This document shows, piece by piece, positions 7,375-15,059 of a stretch of 18,655 bases of DNA; the stretch's first letter is position 1, and every line of letters begins with the position of its first letter. Under the pieces are notes generated by a model. The model was not told the origin of the DNA. It did no database searches and saw nothing but the letters and a program-made list of their open reading frames with translations. Where the stretch lies: sequence record NC_074654.1, one strand, 5' to 3'. The position numbers were made by a program, and so were the translations under genes.

Positions 7375-7761
7375 ATGAGGGCCATAGCTTTGGCATTGGC
7401 TATACTCATGATAGCCATAGCGGCCTACTACCTCATGAACCCTCCCAAGCCCAAGGTGGTGGTCGTGGGCCCGCCTCAGACCGCGACCAATACAAATACA
7501 ACGCCTCCCACGTCAACGCCTCAGACCCCGCCTCCGGCCCAGCAATACATATGCAATTCAACCATGATATCGGTGGACGGCGTGAGGGCTTGCGGAGTTA
7601 TCCAATACCAATACCCCACGGTGGTGGTGGCCGCGCCCGGCTGGCTTGCCGGCAAATTCCAGATAGCGGGTATCCAAGGCGCATGCATATTCACCGTGCA
7701 ATATGGCGAGGTGCTGGTGTCGGGGCCCGGCTGTGTGGTAACGATAAATATCCCCTCGTGA
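7375..7761 (+). CDS. Signal-anchored protein with P/T-rich linker and small Cys-containing beta domain
   Basis: N-terminal hydrophobic helix, PPQTATNTNTTPPTSTPQTPPP linker, 4 Cys; ATATAAAA at 7348-7355. Confidence 0.82.
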   Translation: MRAIALALAILMIAIAAYYLMNPPKPKVVVVGPPQTATNTNTTPPTSTPQTPPPAQQYICNSTMISVDGVRACGVIQYQYPTVVVAAPGWLAGKFQIAGIQGACIFTVQYGEVLVSGPGCVVTINIPS

Positions 7762-7769
7762 CCTAGGAC

Positions 7770-7985
7770 ATGCTTGACATATTGAAATCGAGCTCTAAGC
7801 CGCTATATTGCCTGGTGACCCCCATGCCTAACGGGGACATATCCATAGAGTGCGAGCCCAAGGACCTCAGGAAATACGTCGATATGGAAAGGGTGTGCGC
7901 CATAGAGATTCACAAGGACGGCAGGGCCTATACAATGTGCGACAAGGGGACGGCCATAGTCGCCAGGCTTGCCTCCCTTAGGTAA
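7770..7985 (+). CDS. 71-aa protein with two tandem C-x7-G-x5-C hairpin motifs
   Basis: CLVTPMPNGDISIEC and CAIEIHKDGRAYTMC; ATAAATAT 26 nt upstream; TAATG coupling to the next gene. Confidence 0.78.
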   Translation: MLDILKSSSKPLYCLVTPMPNGDISIECEPKDLRKYVDMERVCAIEIHKDGRAYTMCDKGTAIVARLASLR

Positions 7986-8470
7986 TGGATTGGCTAAAGA
8001 AGGCCCTTGTCCTTTTTTACCTCGGGACCGTCATAGGGGCCTCGTGGGTCCAGCTGGCCCTATTCTTCGGCATACCCGCGCCCGCGGGGATAATCCTGAC
8101 CCCCTCCGACATGCCGTATATGCCTCCCCTATCCGTGGTCTTCTTGGCCCCCACGGATACGTGCCAAGGCTGGAGCCTCTACTACCAGCATGGCCGCCTA
8201 TTCGGGGTCCTCGATATCCAGATACCGACTATCCACTACTTTGACTCGGGCTATATGGTGTTCAACTACTACGTGATCACCGGCAACCCGGCGGCCGACG
8301 TGGTGGACTATTTCAAGGCCCTCCTATTCCCAGATATAGTGATTGTAAAGGCCGATAGCGTCCAATGCACGGAGAGGGTCGTGGCCTACATACCGGGCTA
8401 TTTCACCGTGGTCCTCATGCTGGTGACCATACCGATACGGCTGGTATACAAGTTCAGGCGGGTATGGTAG
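7985..8470 (+). CDS. 161-aa membrane protein (N- and C-terminal TM segments)
   Basis: TAATG overlap; hydrophobic ends flank a beta-rich domain. Confidence 0.8.
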   Translation: MDWLKKALVLFYLGTVIGASWVQLALFFGIPAPAGIILTPSDMPYMPPLSVVFLAPTDTCQGWSLYYQHGRLFGVLDIQIPTIHYFDSGYMVFNYYVITGNPAADVVDYFKALLFPDIVIVKADSVQCTERVVAYIPGYFTVVLMLVTIPIRLVYKFRRVW

Positions 8471-8475
8471 AAAGA

Positions 8476-8483
8476 TATAAATA
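8476..8483 (+). promoter_or_regulatory. Consensus TATA box (TATAAATA) with purine-rich BRE-like upstream sequence
   Basis: GAAAGA-TATAAATA, 22-28 nt upstream of ATG 8498/8504. Confidence 0.75.
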
Positions 8484-8497
8484 GCGGTGGCAACCCT

Positions 8498-8800
8498 ATG
8501 GTCATGTCCGAGCAATTAACGGTATCGCCAGCAATGGCCGGCCGCTTCCAGATAGGCAGTTACCCCGACACGGTCACCGGTACGCCCTTCGTAGAGATGA
8601 CTGAGGAAAAGTATAAGCGTCGCTATGCCATAGGCGTGTGCATGGCCCTTCAGAAGGCCGACCCCCAGACATTTAATAGCGTCTTTGGGAGCCTGGAGAA
8701 TTGCGTCAGGCAGGCTGGGGCCTTCGCGGACTTTAACTTTGACAAGTGGAAGATATCGTGGCCCGCTAACCTATCGACCGCTATCGCGACCTTCGGCTGA
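8498..8800 (+). CDS. About 100-aa soluble protein; candidate abundant structural protein (inference only)
   Basis: Own consensus promoter, T-tract after the stop, basic KYKRRY helix; start 8498 or 8504. Confidence 0.8.
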   Translation: MVMSEQLTVSPAMAGRFQIGSYPDTVTGTPFVEMTEEKYKRRYAIGVCMALQKADPQTFNSVFGSLENCVRQAGAFADFNFDKWKISWPANLSTAIATFG

Positions 8801-8834
8801 TATAACCTTATTTTTTAGTCCCCTTCTATCCCCC

Positions 8835-9065
8835 ATGGACCCGCTCACCTACTTGACGGACCCCACCACGTGGCAGGCTATCATAGACCTGCTGAGGCAG
8901 ATATTTTCCTGGGTCATGTCGGCAAACCCCCTAGCCTTGATTTTTGTCGGGGCCGTCGTGGCATTTATCGGAAAGAGGGTTATCGAGGCCGTGGGCCTCC
9001 TTATACTGATATACGGCGTGGTCAAGCTGGTGGCGCCCCTAATAGGCGTCCACTTGCCTTTTTAA
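8835..9065 (+). CDS. 76-aa small membrane protein (2 TM)
   Basis: ATG 8835 (MDPLTYL..) rather than the track's 8685, which lies inside the previous gene. Confidence 0.78.
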   Translation: MDPLTYLTDPTTWQAIIDLLRQIFSWVMSANPLALIFVGAVVAFIGKRVIEAVGLLILIYGVVKLVAPLIGVHLPF

Positions 9066-9112
9066 TTTACGTCCGGAGTAATTTACGAAACGTGGTAAAA
9101 TACGTCCGGAAT
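9063..9112. repeat. Intergenic box cluster 3
   Basis: TTAC-N7-GTAA 9067-9081, TTAC-N8-GTAA 9083-9098, then degenerate ATAC-GTCCGGA-ATAG; upstream of TATA at 9125-9133. Confidence 0.9.
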
Positions 9113-9150
9113 AGCGGTCAATATTAATATATAGGGGCCTACGGCATGAC

Positions 9151-9753
9151 ATGCGGAAAGTCCCAATACCGCTAGTGTTTGCGGCCATAGCCCTAGCGGC
9201 CGTTACCGTAATGCTTAACGTGGCCATGTCATCTATAGTCACATATCAAGGGACGCCCATAAGCCTCGGAGGCGGCTGGATAGCGGTCAACGCAACGACC
9301 CAAGGCCATGCCTACGTCAACGGCACCATGAGGTACGTCGTGATACCCGTGGTGTCGATATACGGCAAGACCCTGACCAATATCACGGCCGGCAACGTCC
9401 TGCTATTCAGCACCTCTACCGCCAAGTGCGCGGCCGTGGCCTATAACCAATACTACATTGGGTTTCAGCTCTACAACAATAGCGGGCTTTGGACGCCCTT
9501 GGAAGGCCAAGGGTCGTGCCCAGCCCAGATAGGGGCCAACAACGTGACCTATATCACCGGCATAGCCGTGAACGCGACCGGCGTGACGCTATATACGGCC
9601 GCGGGCACTTTCTATATTCCCGCCATATACGTGGGCGCGGGGCAGAATTTCGGGGCCGGCGTAGGCAACTACGTGAACCTGGGCAACGGCTTGGTGGCCG
9701 AATACTACTACTACGTTATCACTAACGGCACGTCGGTCAAGATAACCACCTAG
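9151..9753 (+). CDS. Secreted/virion beta-rich glycoprotein, MRK[IV]PIPL-leader family member 1
   Basis: MRKVPIPL plus hydrophobic helix; 7 N-x-S/T sequons; Tyr/Gly/Asn/Thr-rich. Confidence 0.85.
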   Translation: MRKVPIPLVFAAIALAAVTVMLNVAMSSIVTYQGTPISLGGGWIAVNATTQGHAYVNGTMRYVVIPVVSIYGKTLTNITAGNVLLFSTSTAKCAAVAYNQYYIGFQLYNNSGLWTPLEGQGSCPAQIGANNVTYITGIAVNATGVTLYTAAGTFYIPAIYVGAGQNFGAGVGNYVNLGNGLVAEYYYYVITNGTSVKITT

Positions 9754-9808
9754 TTTTTCCCTACCCTAACTATTTCGGCATAGGTATTTTTAAGGTAGGT
9801 AATTCGGC

Positions 9809-10030
9809 ATGGACATGGAGGGGGACGGGGGAGGGGGGTATTCCGTAAAGCACGCACTTTTTGCCCTATTCCTGGTGGGGCTGGCCCTCATATACGTGGG
9901 GGCCGCCCTAGCCCAGGTTGACGGAGGACTGTCGCTAATGCTGATATTCGTGGGTATATGGGCCGCCATAGCCGCCATAGCGATAGGCGTATTCTCGTTC
10001 ATGGCGAGGGAGGTGCTGGGGTTGCCATGA
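9809..10030 (+). CDS. 73-aa two-TM membrane protein
   Basis: Helical hairpin hydrophobicity; ATGA coupling to the next gene. Confidence 0.75.
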   Translation: MDMEGDGGGGYSVKHALFALFLVGLALIYVGAALAQVDGGLSLMLIFVGIWAAIAAIAIGVFSFMAREVLGLP

Positions 10031-10500
10031 TAGTGGGGATATACAGGTCCAGGCGCAACTTCGGCATGTTTGTGCCCATAAAGCACGGAGGCGTTACCTA
10101 CTACGCCAAGGTCTACCGGAAATTTGTCAAGGGTATAGGCCGGTACGGCCCCCTTGTGGTCGGGCTGTCGTGGGAGACCGATAGGGGCTATCTCGTGACC
10201 GTAGAGGCCGACCGCTATATCGACCTGCCCCACGACATGCTGAGCCGGCTGGAGGTCCTCTATTACCGCCTCTATATATCGTGCGACGGGACGCCCCACG
10301 TGCACCTCATAGCGGGGCCTCCCATGCCCAAGCACAGAGCCCTTAAGTACGCCCGGCCCTACACCGATAGGAGGCACATAAGGCTGAGGCATAGGGTGCC
10401 CTATGCCGGCGTCGTGAGGGTGACCCCGTTGCCTTGCGAGGAAACCCTGGCCGTGGTCAAGGACCCCCTAATCGATAAGGTCGCCTCGCTAGTGCCATGA
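10027..10500 (+). CDS. 157-aa basic protein containing an HUH-like motif (DGTPHVHLI)
   Basis: ATGA-coupled start at 10027; H-V-H at 10297-10305; function call tentative. Confidence 0.75.
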   Translation: MIVGIYRSRRNFGMFVPIKHGGVTYYAKVYRKFVKGIGRYGPLVVGLSWETDRGYLVTVEADRYIDLPHDMLSRLEVLYYRLYISCDGTPHVHLIAGPPMPKHRALKYARPYTDRRHIRLRHRVPYAGVVRVTPLPCEETLAVVKDPLIDKVASLVP

Positions 10501-11126
10501 CCGAGGTAGAGCAACTAGAGGGATTCCTGGAGTGGGACGCGGAGGAATTGGACAGCCCCGATAAGTGGGTGGGTGCGTGGGACTTTGTCAAGGATACACT
10601 CTATGAGTGGCAGAGGCCGGGGACCGACGTGGATAAAGGCATATCGTTCTTCACGGTGATTCAACGGGCTAGGGATATCAGGACCCATGGGGAGGTGGTG
10701 TCGGAGGACCTGGATAGGGCCGTCGGCATGGCCATGTACCACGAGGTGACCCAGGAGCGGGTGCCGATAGATAGGGCGGCCGCGGCCTCCCTTATCAAGG
10801 GGGCTTGGGAGTACCTACATGCCTACGGCGTAGATGAATTCTATGACATAATCAACGCCCTCATGTGGGACCAATACCAGGACCTGAGGCGAGCCTCGGA
10901 CTACTACCTATCGCTATCGCCCGACGCTATCATGCAGGTGTTCAACGTGGCCTATAACCTGGAGCACGGCGTGATTACGCCCAACGAGGCGGCTGAGGCC
11001 GTGAGGGAGATAGCCAGGTCCGAGGGAAAGAGCCCGAGGGCGGCCTATTTCAACGTCTACTACCTCGCCAAGGCCACCGGGGACCCCACGCTAACCGCCC
11101 TCGCCAGGGTCCTATCTAGAAGGTAG
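10497..11126 (+). CDS. 209-aa acidic, mostly alpha-helical hypothetical protein
   Basis: ATGA coupling; Asp/Glu-rich N-terminus. Confidence 0.85.
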   Translation: MTEVEQLEGFLEWDAEELDSPDKWVGAWDFVKDTLYEWQRPGTDVDKGISFFTVIQRARDIRTHGEVVSEDLDRAVGMAMYHEVTQERVPIDRAAAASLIKGAWEYLHAYGVDEFYDIINALMWDQYQDLRRASDYYLSLSPDAIMQVFNVAYNLEHGVITPNEAAEAVREIARSEGKSPRAAYFNVYYLAKATGDPTLTALARVLSRR

Positions 11127-11155
11127 GATTTAAATAACCATATTCATTTTGACCT

Positions 11156-11437
11156 ATGCCCAAATTGGCTAAACGGAGGTTGAATATGTCGATATTGTGC
11201 CGGTTCATATGCGCCCACAAGGGGTCGGTGGCCTACATCTACCCCCATAAGGTGAGGGTGTTCATGGAAAATGATACGCCCGTGGTGGTGGGAGGCGTGA
11301 CCGCCCAAGGCCTGAGGCGCCTCATGAGGCGGCTGGAGCCGGCAATAATGCACACGTTTTTTGACAATAAAAGGGGCCGCGTCTATATGGTAGACATAAA
11401 AACCGCCAAGGAAATATGTCGCAAGTATGTCCGCTAA
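11156..11437 (+). CDS. 93-aa basic protein, possible winged-helix regulator
   Basis: TTTAAATA 27 nt upstream; helix-strand-helix-helix-beta-hairpin pattern ending KRGRVYMVD. Confidence 0.75.
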   Translation: MPKLAKRRLNMSILCRFICAHKGSVAYIYPHKVRVFMENDTPVVVGGVTAQGLRRLMRRLEPAIMHTFFDNKRGRVYMVDIKTAKEICRKYVR

Positions 11438-11699
11438 GAAGGGCGAATACGGCACGGAATTCGTGACGGCCGATAAGCTGGCCTCCCTAGACCTAAACGA
11501 GGTCTACAACATGCTTTCACAGGGCCGCTATGCTGAGGCCTTGCATAGGGTCAAGGCGTACCTCGCCAGGCTGGGCGTATTCGTGTTCAGGGCCGACGTG
11601 ATTCAAGTGGACGTTGAGAGGGGCGTGTTGACGGTCTATGCGGCGTGCGGCGTGAGGATACGGGTCCACGTCCCGACCCAGCACGTGGAAATAGCCTAA
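11427..11699 (+). CDS. 90-aa hypothetical protein
   Basis: 11-bp overlap with the upstream gene; ends directly at box cluster 4. Confidence 0.75.
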   Translation: MSAKKGEYGTEFVTADKLASLDLNEVYNMLSQGRYAEALHRVKAYLARLGVFVFRADVIQVDVERGVLTVYAACGVRIRVHVPTQHVEIA

Positions 11700-11777
11700 T
11701 TTTACCTCGATCCGTAAGATTGATTTTTACCACGTTCTGTAAATTACGTCCGGTGTAATTTACAAATCGAGGTAAGA
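11700..11777. repeat. Intergenic box cluster 4, including a 53-bp imperfect palindrome
   Basis: N8 boxes 11702-11717, 11727-11742, 11760-11775; N7 box 11744-11758; arms 11725-11747 and 11755-11777 are inverted at 19/23. Confidence 0.92.
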
Positions 11778-11800
11778 TTAGCTGGGTCCGGATAGGCGGC

Positions 11801-11869
11801 CAAGTCCCCCAATTGAAAGGCATTAAATTCCCGGGTGTCGGCGTGTGGCAGCCGTTTCTATTTGTAAAG
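11801..11869 (+). repeat. Internal 69-bp inverted repeat, copy A
   Basis: Exact reverse complement of 16302-16370. Confidence 0.97.
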
Positions 11870-11919
11870 TGCGACGGCCTTTAAGGCAAGCAATATAAAT
11901 TCGGACCGTAGTGGGGTCT

Positions 11920-12663
11920 ATGATAATCCCGCTAGCATTGGGGTCGCTAGCCGCCTTGATACTCGTGGCCCTAATGGGGAGCCGCAACATGCTGGTGTAC
12001 ATACTTATAGAGATATTCGTGTCGGGGGCCTTGGCCCTTGCCGGCGTTGCCGCGTCCACATACGCCCTATTCTCGGGTCTATTCATAGCGGCCATGGCCC
12101 TATGGATAATAACCCACGTAGAGGAAAGGGTGGTTGAAAGGGCCGTGGTGACGCTTTTATCGGTGACCCTGGTGTGGGCCTCTAACAACGCGGTGGCCGC
12201 CCAAGCCCTAGGCGCCCTATCCTATGACATAATCGAGCCCTTCTTCGCGGCATTGGCCACGGTGGGGGACGTGGTGCTGGGCGTCTCGGGCTTCGGTGCC
12301 CTATTCGCCTACATGGTCCTATCCAGCCGCATACTGTCGCTAGCTGAGGAAAACCCGCTAGTGGCTATAGGCTATGTCTACCTCGCCAATGCCGTCCTGT
12401 CGGCCTTGGTGGCGCCCATGCCGGACTTTCTCAAGCTTGCCCTAGGCCTGGCCTTGCTGTACCCGCTAGGGAGGGCCATTAGGGGCAACCTTGAGGCCCT
12501 AGCTGAGGTCGCGCCCGTCCTCTACCTCCTGCCTATCCAGCCCTCGGTCCTGGTACAGCTGGGTGCGGTCATGGCCCTCGTGGAATTGGCTATGGCGATA
12601 CTGTCGCGCAAGCACTTGGTGGGGGCCGCCATGTGGGCCGCGGCCTTGCTATTCGTGGCATGA
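11920..12663 (+). CDS. Polytopic membrane protein (about 8 TM)
   Basis: Almost wholly hydrophobic; ATG 11920 is 26 nt after TATAAAT (11894-11900). Confidence 0.82.
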   Translation: MIIPLALGSLAALILVALMGSRNMLVYILIEIFVSGALALAGVAASTYALFSGLFIAAMALWIITHVEERVVERAVVTLLSVTLVWASNNAVAAQALGALSYDIIEPFFAALATVGDVVLGVSGFGALFAYMVLSSRILSLAEENPLVAIGYVYLANAVLSALVAPMPDFLKLALGLALLYPLGRAIRGNLEALAEVAPVLYLLPIQPSVLVQLGAVMALVELAMAILSRKHLVGAAMWAAALLFVA

Positions 12664-13568
12664 GCTCGTTCATACCGGACCTAGCCGAATACTCGGCCCT
12701 TTTAATACTCGCCATTTTCCTGCCCACCTTGGTCTATGGCGCCATGTCCATGTACCTCGGACCGTCGCCTAACCTGTTTATTATCCAGGCAATAGCCCTA
12801 GCGGCCGTGACCGTAAAGCTGGCTAGGGAGAACCTATTTGACGGGGTTCTATTCGCGGCCGGGGCCTCGATATTCACGGCCATAGCCTACCTCGTGCCCG
12901 TCCCCAAGCTATTCATAGAGGGCTTTAGCGCAATATTGGGGCCCTTTATCAACACCCTGCTGAGCACCGTCATAGAGTTCTTCGCCTTCGGCCTCGCCAT
13001 AGGGGCCATTATGGGCCTTGCCGGCATATTCGTGTCGTTCATAGCCGGCATTATCGGCTTTCTGCTAACGGCCTTTATCATGATATTCGCGAGGCTGTCC
13101 AGGCTGGTGTATGAGGCCACCGAGGCGGCCACGTCACTATTCATTAAGGCCGTGCCGGAGGGGGTCGGAGCCGTCCTGGCGCCCTACTTCGGAGGCATTG
13201 TCATAGCGGCCCCCATAGCCGTGGCCATATCGGTCATAGCCGCGGCCGCGGCCCTATGGCTTGGCATGCTCATAGGCATGGCCATAACCGGCGTGCTATT
13301 CCTCAACGTGAACCTGATACTCTACGGCCTGGCCTCGATATTTTCGGCCGTGTTGCTGAGGCCGCAGTCAATTCCCGTCATAGACATGGCCATGGACATA
13401 GCGGCCCTTGTCCTGGTGCCCTACGTGGTGCCCGTCCTGTGGACCGTGGGCTATGCCTTGCTGTCAAGCCGGAGGTACGCCCACCGCGGCATGTACTTTA
13501 TCGGCATATCGGCCGCGGCCGTGGTGGTCTACGCCCAAGCCGCCTCTATCCTCACGGCCATAATTTAA
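12660..13568 (+). CDS. Polytopic membrane protein (about 9 TM), transporter-like
   Basis: ATGA coupling with the previous gene; Gly/Ala-rich TM helices. Confidence 0.82.
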   Translation: MSSFIPDLAEYSALLILAIFLPTLVYGAMSMYLGPSPNLFIIQAIALAAVTVKLARENLFDGVLFAAGASIFTAIAYLVPVPKLFIEGFSAILGPFINTLLSTVIEFFAFGLAIGAIMGLAGIFVSFIAGIIGFLLTAFIMIFARLSRLVYEATEAATSLFIKAVPEGVGAVLAPYFGGIVIAAPIAVAISVIAAAAALWLGMLIGMAITGVLFLNVNLILYGLASIFSAVLLRPQSIPVIDMAMDIAALVLVPYVVPVLWTVGYALLSSRRYAHRGMYFIGISAAAVVVYAQAASILTAII

Positions 13569-13591
13569 ATGGTAGGTGTTTTTTATTACCT

Positions 13592-13897
13592 ATGCATAAC
13601 ATGGTAACAAAAGCCAAGGCCAAGAAGTGCGACGTGGGCGGATACCTAAGGGCCGGCCGGACGCTCTACTACGTAGGCGACCCGAATACCGCGGTCATGT
13701 ACGCCAGGGTGATAGAGGGCCTCATAAGGTCCAGGCGTAGGCCCAAGTGCGCCAAGTGCGGCAGGGCCGTAGAGGGCATGGCCCATGCCGTCGTGTGGGA
13801 CACTTGCGAGGGCATAGAGGGGGCCCTATGCTGGTCGTGCGCCTCTAAGTACCTAAACTACATGGTATGGGACAACGACGGTGCGATAAGGCTATGA
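13592..13897 (+). CDS. Zinc-finger protein (CxxC..CxxC)
   Basis: CAKC and CWSC pairs; TTTAAAT at 13564-13570; start 13592 or 13601 rather than the track's 13256. Confidence 0.78.
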   Translation: MHNMVTKAKAKKCDVGGYLRAGRTLYYVGDPNTAVMYARVIEGLIRSRRRPKCAKCGRAVEGMAHAVVWDTCEGIEGALCWSCASKYLNYMVWDNDGAIRL

Positions 13898-14247
13898 GCG
13901 AGAAGCCGATAAGGGTGTCCACGGTGCCCTATGAGTATCTGCTGTGCATAGCGCTCAAATTGCTGGCCTACTATTCCCGCGGCAACGGGGTCCTTATGCC
14001 CGTGGACACCAAGAAGGTGAACTACGTCCTCCGCAAGGTGGACAAAAACCTAACCGCGACCCAGATCCTGGTGTCCTCGGTCCTGAACTTCCTAAAGCCG
14101 TTCACGGTGCGCGTGGGCCGAAAGAAGCTGGTCCGCCTAAGCCGCGACGCCATACCGGAGTACTTCGCCATGGTCGGCAAGTCTGTCGATTGCCGTGCGT
14201 GGGACCGGAGGCTGGTCGGCCGGGACCCGCGCTTCGGCCTCAAATAA
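13894..14247 (+). CDS. 117-aa basic protein, possible winged-helix regulator
   Basis: ATGA coupling; same apparent secondary-structure order as gene 11156. Confidence 0.75.
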   Translation: MSEKPIRVSTVPYEYLLCIALKLLAYYSRGNGVLMPVDTKKVNYVLRKVDKNLTATQILVSSVLNFLKPFTVRVGRKKLVRLSRDAIPEYFAMVGKSVDCRAWDRRLVGRDPRFGLK

Positions 14248-14276
14248 TCCATTTTTTAATTGGGCTTATTTCCTAT

Positions 14277-15038
14277 ATGCGCAAGATCCCAATTCCGCTA
14301 ATCGCGGCGGCCGTATTCCTGTCGGCCGTGACCATATACATAACCATAACCATACAGACCATACTGTCCTATGACCCCACATATGTCAGTTTCAACGGCA
14401 CTAACTATATCGTGACCGTGTCGGGCTCTAGCCCCTACGACACCTTTCCGCCCATGTACATAGACGTGGTCAATATCTCACAGGTGTATACGGTGACCTC
14501 GATAGGCTATGGGTCCTCCGACACTTGGTATACATGCCAGGCTGGCGGGTGCGACATAGGCCTCACGATTGTCAACTTCCCCAGCATGCCCAATGCGACG
14601 GCCCTAAATCCCAAGTCCGGCGTGTACGTCTACAAGATGAACACCGGCAACGTGGTGCTGGTGTACGGCACGGCCACCACCTCCGGAGGCACGTCGGGCT
14701 ATATCATATGGCCCTACGTCCTTGTCGCGACGTCCGGGTCGGAGTACTTCTTCATCCTGGCGACCCAGGCACAGACACCGGCCTCTACCATATGCTCAAT
14801 GTCCCCCTTCAGCACGGCCGGCACGGCCGTTATCCAGGCGAGGGACGCCTACTATGTGTGTCCCCTCGCCTCGTGGTCCTCAGGCACGTCCTCCCTTGTC
14901 AAGACCGGATACGTGTCCGTGGGGGCCGGCACGTCGCTAGGCTATAAGGAGATCTATTCCTACTCGTGGGGGTCGATAATCCTACACCCGTGGTACTACG
15001 TGACGTCTAGCGCCTATATCGTGGGCAAGCCAAATTAA
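14277..15038 (+). CDS. Secreted/virion beta-rich protein, MRK[IV]PIPL-leader family member 2 (fibre/adhesin candidate)
   Basis: MRKIPIPLIAAAVFL start at 14277, not the track's 13944; S/T/Y/G-rich; 3 sequons; 4 Cys. Confidence 0.85.
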   Translation: MRKIPIPLIAAAVFLSAVTIYITITIQTILSYDPTYVSFNGTNYIVTVSGSSPYDTFPPMYIDVVNISQVYTVTSIGYGSSDTWYTCQAGGCDIGLTIVNFPSMPNATALNPKSGVYVYKMNTGNVVLVYGTATTSGGTSGYIIWPYVLVATSGSEYFFILATQAQTPASTICSMSPFSTAGTAVIQARDAYYVCPLASWSSGTSSLVKTGYVSVGAGTSLGYKEIYSYSWGSIILHPWYYVTSSAYIVGKPN

Positions 15039-15059
15039 TAAATTTCCCATATTTTCTAC

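Noticed and set aside
13256-14276. Long upstream extensions given by the track (starts 13256, 13944; likewise 3746, 4050, 8685, 9958, 17990)
   Set aside because: Extensions overlap other genes; internal starts match TATA spacing, ATGA coupling or the conserved MRK-PIPL leader.
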